The translations under genes were made by a program, and so were the position numbers. A DNA stretch of 64,000 nucleotides, taken from the NCBI GenBank assembly GCA_027061995.1, contig JAMOUT010000100.1:2211-66210 (forward strand). Direction: 5' to 3'. This DNA comes from Candidatus Aminicenantes bacterium. GTDB lineage: Bacteria; Acidobacteriota; Aminicenantia; JAMOAD01. The notes beneath the pieces were generated by a model, which saw only the letters and a list, made by a program, of their open reading frames with translations, did no database searches and was not told where the DNA came from. Below are positions 54,597-63,922 of this stretch, piece by piece. The first letter of the stretch is position 1. Every line of letters begins with the position of its first letter.

Positions 54597-54617
54597 AATC
54601 AAAATCCTTACTTCTCT

Positions 54618-54646
54618 ATTTTAACTCAAAAAGATTTTATATTCAA
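54618..54646 (-). promoter_or_regulatory. Sigma70-like promoter for rtcB (TTGAAT-N17-TAAAAT)
   Basis: On the minus strand: TTGAAT (54646-41), N17, TAAAAT (54623-18), followed by a short leader containing AAGGA. Confidence 0.4.
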
Positions 54647-54834
54647 ACTTTGACATAAACCTGTAATAACCGAACAACGGCAAAACAGCGGAAAAGGGAT
54701 AAAATATTCTCTTTATTATTTTACTCCTGCGCTGAGCATCTTTAAGGTGTGTTCCGAATCATCTTCATTTTTAACAAAATCCAAAACTCTTCTTATCAAT
54801 CTTTTATTTTGTAATTTCAGGCAAAAATAAAATA

Positions 54835-54863
54835 TTGACTGTTTAATGGTTTTAATATATACT
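54835..54863 (+). promoter_or_regulatory. Sigma70-like promoter abutting the ATG of the GWxTD gene (predicted leaderless mRNA)
   Basis: TTGACT (54835-40), N17, TATACT (54858-63), 6 nt, then ATG at 54870. The track's start at 54846 falls inside this promoter. Confidence 0.5.
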
Positions 54864-54869
54864 TTTTTG

Positions 54870-56999
54870 ATGAAGAAAAGAATACTTATCATGGTTTTAT
54901 TAGTTTTTGTGTTTTCACTGTTTTCTTCCGTCCCTTTAACCGCAAAGAAGAAAGAAAAAGAGATATCCACGAAAGAACTTATAAAAAGATTACCTGACAA
55001 ATACAAAAAATGGCTTGATCTAGTTTATTATATTATAACACCCGTGGAAAAAAAGGTTTTTCTTCAATTGAAAAACAATAGGGACAGGGAAGTTTTTATA
55101 AAACTTTTTTGGAAACAAAGAGATCCGACCCCCGGAACTCCTGAAAATGAATTTAAAGAGGAACATATAAAAAGATTTAAGTATGCCAATAAACATTTTA
55201 AAACAACAAGACCCGGTTGGATGACTGATATGGGAAAAATCTATATAATTCTCGGTCCACCTAATACACATAATAATTATGATAATAAATACGGGTTATA
55301 TCCTCTGAAAATATGGGGATATTACGGGGACAAGAACCTCGGTCTTCCATCCTATTTTAGAGTGATGTTTTATAAGAGAGACGGAATAGGTGAATATATA
55401 ATATATGACCCCGCTTTTGATGGTCCCGCAGCTCTTTTAAGAGATTCTCAAGGGGTGGATTTGACAAATATAATGTCTATTTACAGAAGATTAAAAGAGG
55501 TTGCACCTACGATAGCAAAAGCAGCTCTTTCACTTATTCCGGGGGAAGAATCTTTTATTTCTCTTCCGACAACAAGAAGCACTGTTCTATTAAGTAAGAT
55601 TTTTGAAATTCCGAAAAGGAGAATAAAAGTTAATTATGCAAGACAATTTCTTGATTTTAAGGGATTGGTAAATGTGGATTATTCGATGAATTATATAGAG
55701 AACGACTTCTTTTACACTTTTGCCAATGATCCTGATACAGGGTTGAATTTTATCCATTTTTCAATAAAACCTCATAGAATTTCGGTGGGATATTCAAACG
55801 AAAAGGATAAATATTTTTTTGCATTTAAACTTGATGTAAGTTTAAAAAAAGATAATATAATTATCTATCATTATTCAAAAAATTACTCTTTTTATTTTAC
55901 GGAAAAACAATTGAATGAAAGGGTAAAACCTCTCGGTATTGCAGTTAACGATATGTTCCCCGTTGTTCCGGGAAATTATAAACTGGTTGTTTTATTACAG
56001 AATTCCGTAAAAAAAGAGTTTACCTATATTGAAAAAAAAATAAAGGTTTTGCCTACAAAAGGAACCCCTTATATTATAGGGCCTATCCCGACATATAAAA
56101 GCGAAAGACTGGGTTTTGATTTAGTCTATAGACCTTTTAAATTCGGTAAATATATTATAAATGTGGAGCCAAAAGGATTTTTCTCCCTTTCGGATAATAT
56201 TATGCTTTTTACCGGTGCGGGAAATCTTAATAATATAAAAGATGGGGAGTTAAAAGTTGTGGTAAAAACAAGGGAAGGTTATTCCGAATATTTTAAAGAA
56301 TACAGTTTTAAAATACCTGAAAACAGTAAATCTTTTTATAAAATAATATATCTCGGCAAGGAGTTACCGACAGCTGTTTTTGATGTTGATGTTCGATTAT
56401 ACAGATCCGGCATTCCTATTTATGTTAAAGAGGGGCATTTTACAATTTCACCTCTCGGAGGAGTTCCTCATCCTATGGAAGCATTCAAAGTTATGGACAA
56501 AAAGAACAAGGCTGTAAATTATTATAGAATTGCCAATGAATATGAGAAACTTGGTTTAATGAAAGAAGCGGAGAATTATTATGCAAAGGGATATAATCTT
56601 AATAAATCTTTTGTAGAGGGAATTCTAAGATATGCGAAAATGCTTTTTAGATTAAATAAATATGATAAGGTTCTCTCTGTTATTGAATCTTTTAAAGACA
56701 ATAAAAAGTATCGGTTTGAGTATTTTTCTCTGAAAGGAGAAGCTCTTTTTAATAAACAACAGTATGAAGAGGCACTTAAATCTTTATTAGCGGCTAATAA
56801 AATTTATGATAGTGATTACCATGTGATAAATCTTCTCGGGCTAACTTTCCTCAGGCTTAATGAAATGGAGCAAGCTCTTAAAGCTTTTAAAGCTTCTCTT
56901 AGTATAAACAGGGAACAATCAGAAGTAAAAAATCTGATAAAAAAGATAGAAAAAATTAAACAAAAACAAAATAAAATAGCAGCGAAAAAGGAAAAATAG
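54870..56999 (+). CDS. Secreted GWxTD-domain protein with C-terminal TPR repeats
   Basis: Signal peptide MKKRILIMVLLVFVFSLFSS. FWKQRDPTPGTPENEFKEEHIKRFKYANKHF...RPGWMTDMGKIYIILGPP (GWxTD at nt 55215-55229). TPR-like helices near the C-terminus (ANEYEKLGLMKEAENYYAKGY...). Confidence 0.8.
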   Translation: MKKRILIMVLLVFVFSLFSSVPLTAKKKEKEISTKELIKRLPDKYKKWLDLVYYIITPVEKKVFLQLKNNRDREVFIKLFWKQRDPTPGTPENEFKEEHIKRFKYANKHFKTTRPGWMTDMGKIYIILGPPNTHNNYDNKYGLYPLKIWGYYGDKNLGLPSYFRVMFYKRDGIGEYIIYDPAFDGPAALLRDSQGVDLTNIMSIYRRLKEVAPTIAKAALSLIPGEESFISLPTTRSTVLLSKIFEIPKRRIKVNYARQFLDFKGLVNVDYSMNYIENDFFYTFANDPDTGLNFIHFSIKPHRISVGYSNEKDKYFFAFKLDVSLKKDNIIIYHYSKNYSFYFTEKQLNERVKPLGIAVNDMFPVVPGNYKLVVLLQNSVKKEFTYIEKKIKVLPTKGTPYIIGPIPTYKSERLGFDLVYRPFKFGKYIINVEPKGFFSLSDNIMLFTGAGNLNNIKDGELKVVVKTREGYSEYFKEYSFKIPENSKSFYKIIYLGKELPTAVFDVDVRLYRSGIPIYVKEGHFTISPLGGVPHPMEAFKVMDKKNKAVNYYRIANEYEKLGLMKEAENYYAKGYNLNKSFVEGILRYAKMLFRLNKYDKVLSVIESFKDNKKYRFEYFSLKGEALFNKQQYEEALKSLLAANKIYDSDYHVINLLGLTFLRLNEMEQALKAFKASLSINREQSEVKNLIKKIEKIKQKQNKIAAKKEK

Positions 57000-57026
57000 T
57001 TTTATTTATAATATTATTATGTATCT

Positions 57027-57047
57027 CTTTATTATAGTATAATAAAG
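57027..57047. repeat. Perfect AT-rich palindrome CTTTATTATA-G-TATAATAAAG
   Basis: Read directly from the sequence. It lies between the GWxTD stop (56999) and the next promoter. It could be a weak hairpin/terminator or an operator. Confidence 0.85.
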
Positions 57048-57051
57048 GTGA

Positions 57052-57080
57052 TTGACAAATATTATTATTAGTTCTATCAT
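57052..57080 (+). promoter_or_regulatory. Sigma70-like promoter abutting the ATG of the TPR lipoprotein gene (predicted leaderless mRNA)
   Basis: TTGACA (57052-57), N17, TATCAT (57075-80), 5 nt, then ATG at 57086. No SD. Confidence 0.45.
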
Positions 57081-57085
57081 AAACC

Positions 57086-57490
57086 ATGAAGAATAAAATA
57101 ATAATTATCATTCTATTTATTGTTTTTTTCTCTTTTTGTTCAAACAACAGGTTTTCAATAATGGAAAATAGTGGTTATAAGTTAAAAATTAACAAAAAAC
57201 TCGGCTCATATGCTCAAAAACAAAGCCTTTGGAAGGAAGCTATATTCAGATGGAAAAATGTTATAAAATTGAATCCTGAAAACTTTAAAGCCCATAATAA
57301 TCTTGCGGTTGCTTATGAAGCGATAGGAGATTATAAAAAAGCTGAAAAAGAGTATGAAATAGCTTTGAAATTACAGAACAATAGTTATGTAAGAAAAAAT
57401 TATGAAGATTTTAAGTCTATGCTCAAAAACAAGAATAATAAAAAATTAAAGAGGGGAAAGAATGGGAGAAAGTCTGAAAAACAATTATAA
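57086..57490 (+). CDS. Small TPR-repeat protein, probable lipoprotein
   Basis: Signal sequence ending FSFC. One or two TPR units (AHNNLAVAYEAIGDYKKAEKEYEIALKL). Basic C-terminal tail. Confidence 0.65.
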   Translation: MKNKIIIIILFIVFFSFCSNNRFSIMENSGYKLKINKKLGSYAQKQSLWKEAIFRWKNVIKLNPENFKAHNNLAVAYEAIGDYKKAEKEYEIALKLQNNSYVRKNYEDFKSMLKNKNNKKLKRGKNGRKSEKQL

Positions 57491-58118
57491 ATTTCCATTA
57501 ATAATCATCATACTTTTTTTTCTTGCCTCCTGTTCCGAAGCAACTTATCAAAGAATATGGACAATGAGAAAACCACCCGTTGATATTATGAAGTTTGATA
57601 CAATATATATATCCAATTTCAAAATAGTATCTGACATTGATAAAAATTTATTAAATAAAACCATAACCAGAATAATAAAAGATGAAGTATCAATATATCA
57701 CAAAGACAATCTTTTTACGGGAGAAACGGTTAATTTATCGGAAAAAGGGATTTTTAACAATTATCTGTTTTGGAGAGAGTATGCTCCTTCGAGCGATATA
57801 ATAATAACAGGAGAAATCAATCTTGATAAAAAAGAGAGAGAACAAATCGTCAGCGAAAGGGAAACAGTTTTATCCTTTAAAAAAGTTAATCGATTAAAAA
57901 CAGTGAAAATTGTTATAACCACGATTAATTTTTATATTATAAACGGAAAAACAGGAAAAATTATTTACAAATATAAATTTCATAATAAAATAATAAATAA
58001 TCAAAATGATAGTGACATCGTTATCCTTAATAGGATTTGTAGTATAGCTGTTGAAAGATTATTAAATAGAATTGTCCGTAGGGAGCGGATAAGTTACAGA
58101 TATCTTTTTAATTATTAA
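57462..58118 (+). CDS. Hypothetical lipoprotein
   Basis: Canonical lipobox LASC after a hydrophobic stretch. No recognisable domain. Overlaps the upstream gene by 29 nt and ends 11 nt before the next gene. Confidence 0.6.
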   Translation: MGESLKNNYKFPLIIIILFFLASCSEATYQRIWTMRKPPVDIMKFDTIYISNFKIVSDIDKNLLNKTITRIIKDEVSIYHKDNLFTGETVNLSEKGIFNNYLFWREYAPSSDIIITGEINLDKKEREQIVSERETVLSFKKVNRLKTVKIVITTINFYIINGKTGKIIYKYKFHNKIINNQNDSDIVILNRICSIAVERLLNRIVRRERISYRYLFNY

Positions 58119-58129
58119 AGAGGGAAAAA

Positions 58130-60979
58130 ATGAATAAAAAGCCGAATATAAAAACATTGATAGTCATTATGATTATAGTTATATTCTACGGAGGAACTGC
58201 TTTTTCACAGTTTTTGCCTTATTATGGAAAGAATAAGGTGCATACAGGGAAAAAATGGTTTGTATATGAAACAGATCATTTCAAAATTAATTTTTATACT
58301 AAAAACAGAAGAATTTTGAATAATGCCTCTGTCTATGCCGAAGATGCATATAAAAAGATATCCGAGTTTTTGGGATATTCAATAGATCACAAGATTCCAC
58401 TTCTTCTTTATCAATCTCATAAGGATTTTGAGATGACAAATCTATACCCTTATCCTGTTCCCGAACCTGTAATGGGATTTTCAGAGCCGATGGGGGATAG
58501 AATTGTTATCCCTTCCGAATTTCCCGATCACTCTTTAAAGCATCTTATCACACATGAATTAACCCATATATTTCAATTTAATCTCCTTTATGGAAATCAT
58601 AGAATGAGCCTGAATTCTCTTACCCCCCTTCCATTATGGATAATGGAAGGGTTTGCGGAATATATTCCCGGTGATTGGGAGCCCGTATCCACAATGGTTG
58701 TCAGGGATGCTGTTATAACAAATAAAATCCCAGAATTAAATAAATTCGGAAACTTGGTTTATGGTAAAGGAAACTCAAGATCGCCCTATGATTTCGGCCA
58801 TCTTGTTTATGATTTTCTTGCCAAAGAATATGGTAAAACCGGGTTAAGAAAGTTTTGGTGGAATTTAAAAAGATTTTCTCTTTTCAGAGGAAGGAATATT
58901 ATGAAAGACACTTTTAATCTTGAATATCCTATGTTTAACAGTAAGTTTAAGAGATATTTAAGAAGAAGGTATAAGAAATATTTTTCAAAAAACATACCGG
59001 ATGATTATGGCTTGAAAATAAGTCCCGAATTTCCATATTCTCAAGTATTTTCTTATGATGTCTCTCCATCAATGGAAATTGCCGCTGTTGTAACTGTTAA
59101 TTACAGAAAATATGCCTTAACAATCTCTTTAATAAATTTAAAAACGGGAAAAATATTTAAAGATATCACCCCCGGATACAGTTCGAAATTCGAGCACCTT
59201 TACCTTAAATTTAATCCGGAAGAGGGAAAAAGTGTTATATGGGATAGAAAGGGGGAATTTATTGCATTTCTGGGAAGATACAACTATGATTATTATCTTA
59301 TCTTTTATTCTTCCATAGGAAAATTCCTCAGAAGGAAAAAATTAAAAGATTTAACTGACCCGACAGGACTTTCAATATCCCATGACAATAAATATATTGT
59401 ATTTACCGCTAATAAAAACGCTCAAAGGGATCTCTTTATATATGACATTAAGAGAAATAAAATATCAAAAATCACTAATGATGCCGAGTATGAGTATTCC
59501 CCCTCTTTTTCGAAAGATGGAAAAAATATTGTTTTTTCGCAAAAAAGAGGAAAGTATGATCAGCTATGTATATTGAATTTGTCCGATAAAAAGAAAAAAG
59601 AGATTACTCAAAATCCCACATACCATATTAACCCTGTGTTTCTTGACTCTAACAATATCCTATTTTCCTATTATACGGAAGAAGCGTATAATCTTGCAAC
59701 TATTAATTTGAAAACAAAACAAATTAAAATACTTACGGATGTTTCAACAGGAGTTTTTTACCCTAAGAAAATTAACAATAAACTTTTTTATCTCGGTTAT
59801 TCTGGGGGAGAGTTTAGTATCTTCAAATCCGATATTTTAAAACCGGTTAAAGAAAAAATCGAAACCGCTTATTATACCCCTGAAATAATAAAAGAAAACA
59901 TAAAAGAGTATAAAATCAGACCATATAAAAAATTTGAAGATATTGTTGTCAGTGGTTTACCGAGTATAGGTTTTGCGGTTGCAACCGATGGAACAACATA
60001 TGGTGGAGCTTATCTTAACTTTAGTGATACTTTGAATGATAACAGTGTTTCCTTTCTCGCATATTCCGTAATGGGTTTTAAAAATTATGAATTATCATAT
60101 CTAAACATTGGAAATAGATTGAATTATCAAATAAAACTATTTACAACAACCTATTTTTATTATCTTCCATTTCAATATTGGCAAGCACAGTATGAAGGGT
60201 ATTATTCCTACAAAGATGCAATAACAACAAGAAAAATGGAAGGGATATATATAAACGGAATCTATCCTTTAAATAAATTTCATCGTATATCATTATTTAC
60301 GGGATTACTTTACCAAAAAGAAAATTTATACTATTTCATGTATCCCGAAGATAAAAAAAGCCCTTTTTTCAATGGATACGAAGTTCCTCTTAATTTGTCT
60401 TTGACGGGAGAAACAACCCATTTTAGAAATTACGGGCCCTATGATGGTTATACCTATGATATCTCTTTTACAAAATATCTGAATTTAACGGGTAAAATGA
60501 GAAATGCTCAAGCAATTACAATTGATTTAAGGAAATATATCCCGATAGGATTTGATACACTGTTTGCATTCAGAGCTTACGGGGCGTTTAGTGGAGGGGA
60601 ATCCCCTTATATATTTTTCGGCGGGGGAAATAATGAAATCAGATCAACAAATTATTATAGTATGGTAGGTAATAATTTTTTTCATTTTAATGCGGAATTC
60701 AGGTTTCCCATTGTTCAAATAGCCTTAACTCCTCTCGGACTCATAGGGCCGGTAAGAGGTGTGTTTTTTGCTGATGCTGGAGGAGCTTGGTTTAATAATC
60801 AGAAGTTTGAGTTTATAGATAAAAACGATTGGAAATTGAAAAATGGTATAGGTTCAATCGGATACGGAATAGAATTTTCTCTCGGGGGTTATCCTCTGCA
60901 TATAGAGTGGGTTTATCAAACCGATTTTGCAAATTTTAATGATCATAAAGTCAGGTTTTGGATAGGTTTTGATTTTTAA
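58130..60979 (+). CDS. Outer-membrane fusion protein: HExxH metallopeptidase (MA-clan-like) + PD40/TolB-like repeats + Omp85-like C-terminal barrel (paralog of 6255..9014)
   Basis: Signal peptide. HELTH at nt 58553-58567, followed by WIMEGFAEY. PD40-like units (DLFIYDIKRNKISKITND.EYEYSPSFSKDGKNIVFS). Omp85-type C-terminus (FFGGGNNEIRSTNYY...FNAEFRFPI...GVFFADAGGAW...GYGIEF...RFWIGFDF). Confidence 0.7.
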   Translation: MNKKPNIKTLIVIMIIVIFYGGTAFSQFLPYYGKNKVHTGKKWFVYETDHFKINFYTKNRRILNNASVYAEDAYKKISEFLGYSIDHKIPLLLYQSHKDFEMTNLYPYPVPEPVMGFSEPMGDRIVIPSEFPDHSLKHLITHELTHIFQFNLLYGNHRMSLNSLTPLPLWIMEGFAEYIPGDWEPVSTMVVRDAVITNKIPELNKFGNLVYGKGNSRSPYDFGHLVYDFLAKEYGKTGLRKFWWNLKRFSLFRGRNIMKDTFNLEYPMFNSKFKRYLRRRYKKYFSKNIPDDYGLKISPEFPYSQVFSYDVSPSMEIAAVVTVNYRKYALTISLINLKTGKIFKDITPGYSSKFEHLYLKFNPEEGKSVIWDRKGEFIAFLGRYNYDYYLIFYSSIGKFLRRKKLKDLTDPTGLSISHDNKYIVFTANKNAQRDLFIYDIKRNKISKITNDAEYEYSPSFSKDGKNIVFSQKRGKYDQLCILNLSDKKKKEITQNPTYHINPVFLDSNNILFSYYTEEAYNLATINLKTKQIKILTDVSTGVFYPKKINNKLFYLGYSGGEFSIFKSDILKPVKEKIETAYYTPEIIKENIKEYKIRPYKKFEDIVVSGLPSIGFAVATDGTTYGGAYLNFSDTLNDNSVSFLAYSVMGFKNYELSYLNIGNRLNYQIKLFTTTYFYYLPFQYWQAQYEGYYSYKDAITTRKMEGIYINGIYPLNKFHRISLFTGLLYQKENLYYFMYPEDKKSPFFNGYEVPLNLSLTGETTHFRNYGPYDGYTYDISFTKYLNLTGKMRNAQAITIDLRKYIPIGFDTLFAFRAYGAFSGGESPYIFFGGGNNEIRSTNYYSMVGNNFFHFNAEFRFPIVQIALTPLGLIGPVRGVFFADAGGAWFNNQKFEFIDKNDWKLKNGIGSIGYGIEFSLGGYPLHIEWVYQTDFANFNDHKVRFWIGFDF

Positions 60980-61145
60980 TAACTAATGTTATTTAACCCT
61001 TTGATAGAGATCATTATATTAAAATTTTTGTCCGCTCCGAGGCTAAATAATGATGGTTTACGGGGATGGAGCAATCTGGCAATCCTCTCTAAAAAATAAA
61101 AAAACAGAAAATAACAGAGTTACTTTTTAAAATAAGATTAAAAAT

Positions 61146-61595
61146 TCATTTGATTTTTTTGCTCATTAAAAAAGCTTTTGTTCCGTCCGGATAATAATCC
61201 GGTATCTCATTTATTATTTCATAGTTCAACTCTTTATAAAACTTAATAGCCGTATTATTGCTTTCAGCTACCTGAAGAAAAATTGAATCAATCCCTTTTT
61301 CAAATGAGAACTCCTCAATAGTTTTCATTAATAAACTGCCATAACCTTTTTTTCTATATTCCGGTAAAATATCTATTGTTACTATCTCCGCAAGATTATC
61401 ATCATAAACAGCAAGTATGAAACCAATCATATCACCATCTTTTTCCACGGATAGACCTTCAATGTTTTCAACTCTTAACAAATCTTCAAAATACTCTTTC
61501 GAATAAGCGATTTCAGGAGGAAAACATACTTGATCTATAATATATAGAGATTCGATATCAGTTTTTTCGATTGGTCTGATTCGTATTTTTTTCAT
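61146..61595 (-). CDS. rimI: GNAT N-acetyltransferase, RimI (ribosomal-protein-alanine acetyltransferase) family
   Basis: IRPIEKTDIESLYIIDQVCF, TIDILPEYRKKGYGSLLM (acetyl-CoA motif A) and NNTAIKFYKELNYE. Confidence 0.75.
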   Translation of the reverse strand: MKKIRIRPIEKTDIESLYIIDQVCFPPEIAYSKEYFEDLLRVENIEGLSVEKDGDMIGFILAVYDDNLAEIVTIDILPEYRKKGYGSLLMKTIEEFSFEKGIDSIFLQVAESNNTAIKFYKELNYEIINEIPDYYPDGTKAFLMSKKIK

Positions 61596-61634
61596 AAATT
61601 AATATTATCATAAAAAAATTTATTATAAAAGAAT

Positions 61635-62774
61635 TCAGAATTTTATATTAGAGATAACATAAGATGGAATTTGATAGCCATTTCTTATAAATTGCCCTTT
61701 TTTACGGCAAACTCCTTCCCACCCGCCTACATAAATATTGTTTGATATCTCGGTTAATTTTTTTATAATATCAAAAGCACTCATCTTAATGGAAAAAGGT
61801 TTTATAGGGGTTGTTTTTCCCCCGTTCTTTATATAAAAGCTCTCTTTTATATAAAGAGTTATCTCAAGTGTATCATAATTTAATTCTCCGCTGTTAATAT
61901 CATCTATTAAAATTCCTCTACCAATATACTCTATGATTTCATCTTCCCCTTTTTCCCCTTTTTCCATGGATATAATGTTTTGCCTCGGAAGAATCGGAGA
62001 TTTATAATTTCCCTTCCTCCCCCTACCATTGGAATTATAACCGGCAAGATAATGGGTATAATCGGAAATAAAACTTTTTAAAACTCCGTTTTGAATAAGA
62101 ATCACTTTTTCCATCTCAATTCCCTCATCATCAATTGTATCCGTTGGAAGTGTATCATCGTATATTGTAATATATTCCGGTAATAGTTGTTTGTTGATGT
62201 TTTCTTTTTTAAAAGGGGTATTGGATTGAAGGGAGATGTCGGCTTCAAGAAGATGTCCGATTAGTTCATGAATCAAAATCCCCGCCGCCCTTTTCCTAAA
62301 AAAAAGTTTATATTCTCCGGATACTACATCCACCGCTCGTTCATTTCTGTTTATAACTCTTAAAAAATCTTCTTTTAACTTCTCATAATTAATATTATCC
62401 TGCTTAAAAGAATATCCCATTTTCGTAAGAATATTATTTGTCTTATTTTCAATTTTGATGGTTTCAATATACTCGTTCTTTTTCTCTGTTTTTTTGTAAG
62501 GGGAGAAGATCTCTTTTTCATTTTTGATTATATGAAAATCAATTTTTGCATCAGGAAAATAATTTTGAAGATGTCTTAAATTTTCAAAATTATAATTGGT
62601 TAAAACAATATCACTTTTTTCTTTTTTTTCCTTTAAAATTATGATATCGGATTTTTTTTTTTTATAGATTGTTTTTGCTTCACCGTATCCGCTATTTTTT
62701 TCCTCGATCCATGAACGATTATCTATTATGATACTAAGTTGATTATAATGCTCTTTTATATAAGAAAAAATCAT
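61635..62774 (-). CDS. TldD/PmbA-family metalloprotease (short form with a divergent N-terminus)
   Basis: HELIGHLLEAD (HExxxH), DDEG, and C-terminal ...GG.GVCRKKGQ..R.G...PS motifs typical of TldD/PmbA. At 379 aa it is shorter than the usual ~450-480 aa. Confidence 0.7.
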   Translation of the reverse strand: MIFSYIKEHYNQLSIIIDNRSWIEEKNSGYGEAKTIYKKKKSDIIILKEKKEKSDIVLTNYNFENLRHLQNYFPDAKIDFHIIKNEKEIFSPYKKTEKKNEYIETIKIENKTNNILTKMGYSFKQDNINYEKLKEDFLRVINRNERAVDVVSGEYKLFFRKRAAGILIHELIGHLLEADISLQSNTPFKKENINKQLLPEYITIYDDTLPTDTIDDEGIEMEKVILIQNGVLKSFISDYTHYLAGYNSNGRGRKGNYKSPILPRQNIISMEKGEKGEDEIIEYIGRGILIDDINSGELNYDTLEITLYIKESFYIKNGGKTTPIKPFSIKMSAFDIIKKLTEISNNIYVGGWEGVCRKKGQFIRNGYQIPSYVISNIKF

Positions 62775-62778
62775 TTAA

Positions 62779-63795
62779 CTATTCAATCCCCTCTATTATA
62801 ACCCTTTTTTCGTCGGAATCTTCTATGATTTCTCCGATTAAATAATAATTATCACCATATTCATCTGTAAATTCATTGAAAACACCCTTGCCTATTATCA
62901 CAATCATCCCTATCCCCATATTAAATGCCCTAAACCCCTCTTTAAGAGAGATTCCACTCTCTTTTACAAGAAATTCGAATATTTCGGGAATATCCCAATT
63001 AATTTTTATCTTGGCTGAATGATTTTTATTTAATATCCTCGGGATATTTTCATAAAAACCTCCACCCGTTATATGAGCCATACCATTTATCATACCTCTT
63101 AATGGGAATAATTTTTTATAATAACTTTTATGAATTGCCAAAAGTTCTTCCGCTATTGTTTTTCCTGTAGGGGAAAATATAGAATCGGTTTTCATTTTAA
63201 GCTTATCAAAGAATATCTTCCTTGCAAGAGAATAACCGTTTGTATGAAGGCCGGTCGAAGGAAGTCCTATTATCAAGTCTCCTGTTTTTATTTTTGACCC
63301 ATCTATAATCTCCTTTTCTTCGGCTATTCCGGTTATAAAACCCGCTATATCAAAATCTCCGGCGGAATAAAACCCGGGCATCTCCGCTGTTTCCCCTCCG
63401 AGAAGAATACAATCATTTTCATAACATGCTTTTGCAAATCCCTCTATCACCGAAGCGGCAATTTCGGCTTTTAATTTACCCGTTGCAAAATAATCCAGAA
63501 AATAGAGAGGTTTCGCTCCTTGGACAAGGATATCATCAACACAATGATTAACAAGGTCCTGTCCGACAGTATCATAAATCCCGGACATAATTGCCACTTT
63601 GAGTTTGGTCCCAACACCATCCGAACTTGAGATAAGATAAGGGGAGGTATATCCTTCGGGAAGTTTGAATGTCCCTCCGAATTTTCCGATTTCCCGAGAA
63701 GATTTGTATTTTTTTAATATCTCTTTTATTAGCCTGACTGTTTTGTTTCCTTCGTTTATATTAACTCCGGAATCCTCGTAAGTTATTTTTTTCAT
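62779..63795 (-). CDS. purM: Phosphoribosylformylglycinamidine cyclo-ligase (AIR synthetase)
   Basis: YEDSGVNINEGN, DGVGTKLK, VNHCVDDILVQGAKPLYFLDY, GGETAEMPG and GLHTNGYSL. Start set at the ATG preceded by GGAGA; the track's TTG at 63825 adds 10 unlikely residues. Confidence 0.93.
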   Translation of the reverse strand: MKKITYEDSGVNINEGNKTVRLIKEILKKYKSSREIGKFGGTFKLPEGYTSPYLISSSDGVGTKLKVAIMSGIYDTVGQDLVNHCVDDILVQGAKPLYFLDYFATGKLKAEIAASVIEGFAKACYENDCILLGGETAEMPGFYSAGDFDIAGFITGIAEEKEIIDGSKIKTGDLIIGLPSTGLHTNGYSLARKIFFDKLKMKTDSIFSPTGKTIAEELLAIHKSYYKKLFPLRGMINGMAHITGGGFYENIPRILNKNHSAKIKINWDIPEIFEFLVKESGISLKEGFRAFNMGIGMIVIIGKGVFNEFTDEYGDNYYLIGEIIEDSDEKRVIIEGIE

Positions 63796-63922
63796 CTTAC
63801 TCTCCAAATTTGTTTTATCATGCAATTTTAATATTTTTTTGCTTTCTTTTCAAACAACTCTATTTCTTTACAAATTCTCTTTTCCAATATCAAACGATTC
63901 TTTATTGATAATTCTATCAAAT

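Noticed and set aside
54846-54869. N-terminal extensions proposed by the ORF track (54846 for the GWxTD gene; similarly 26474, 12708, 21649, 5853, 63825 and 54602)
   Set aside because: In each case a downstream ATG is preceded by a strong SD or a promoter, and that start gives a sensible signal peptide or a conserved N-terminus. The extensions run through promoter or SD sequence.
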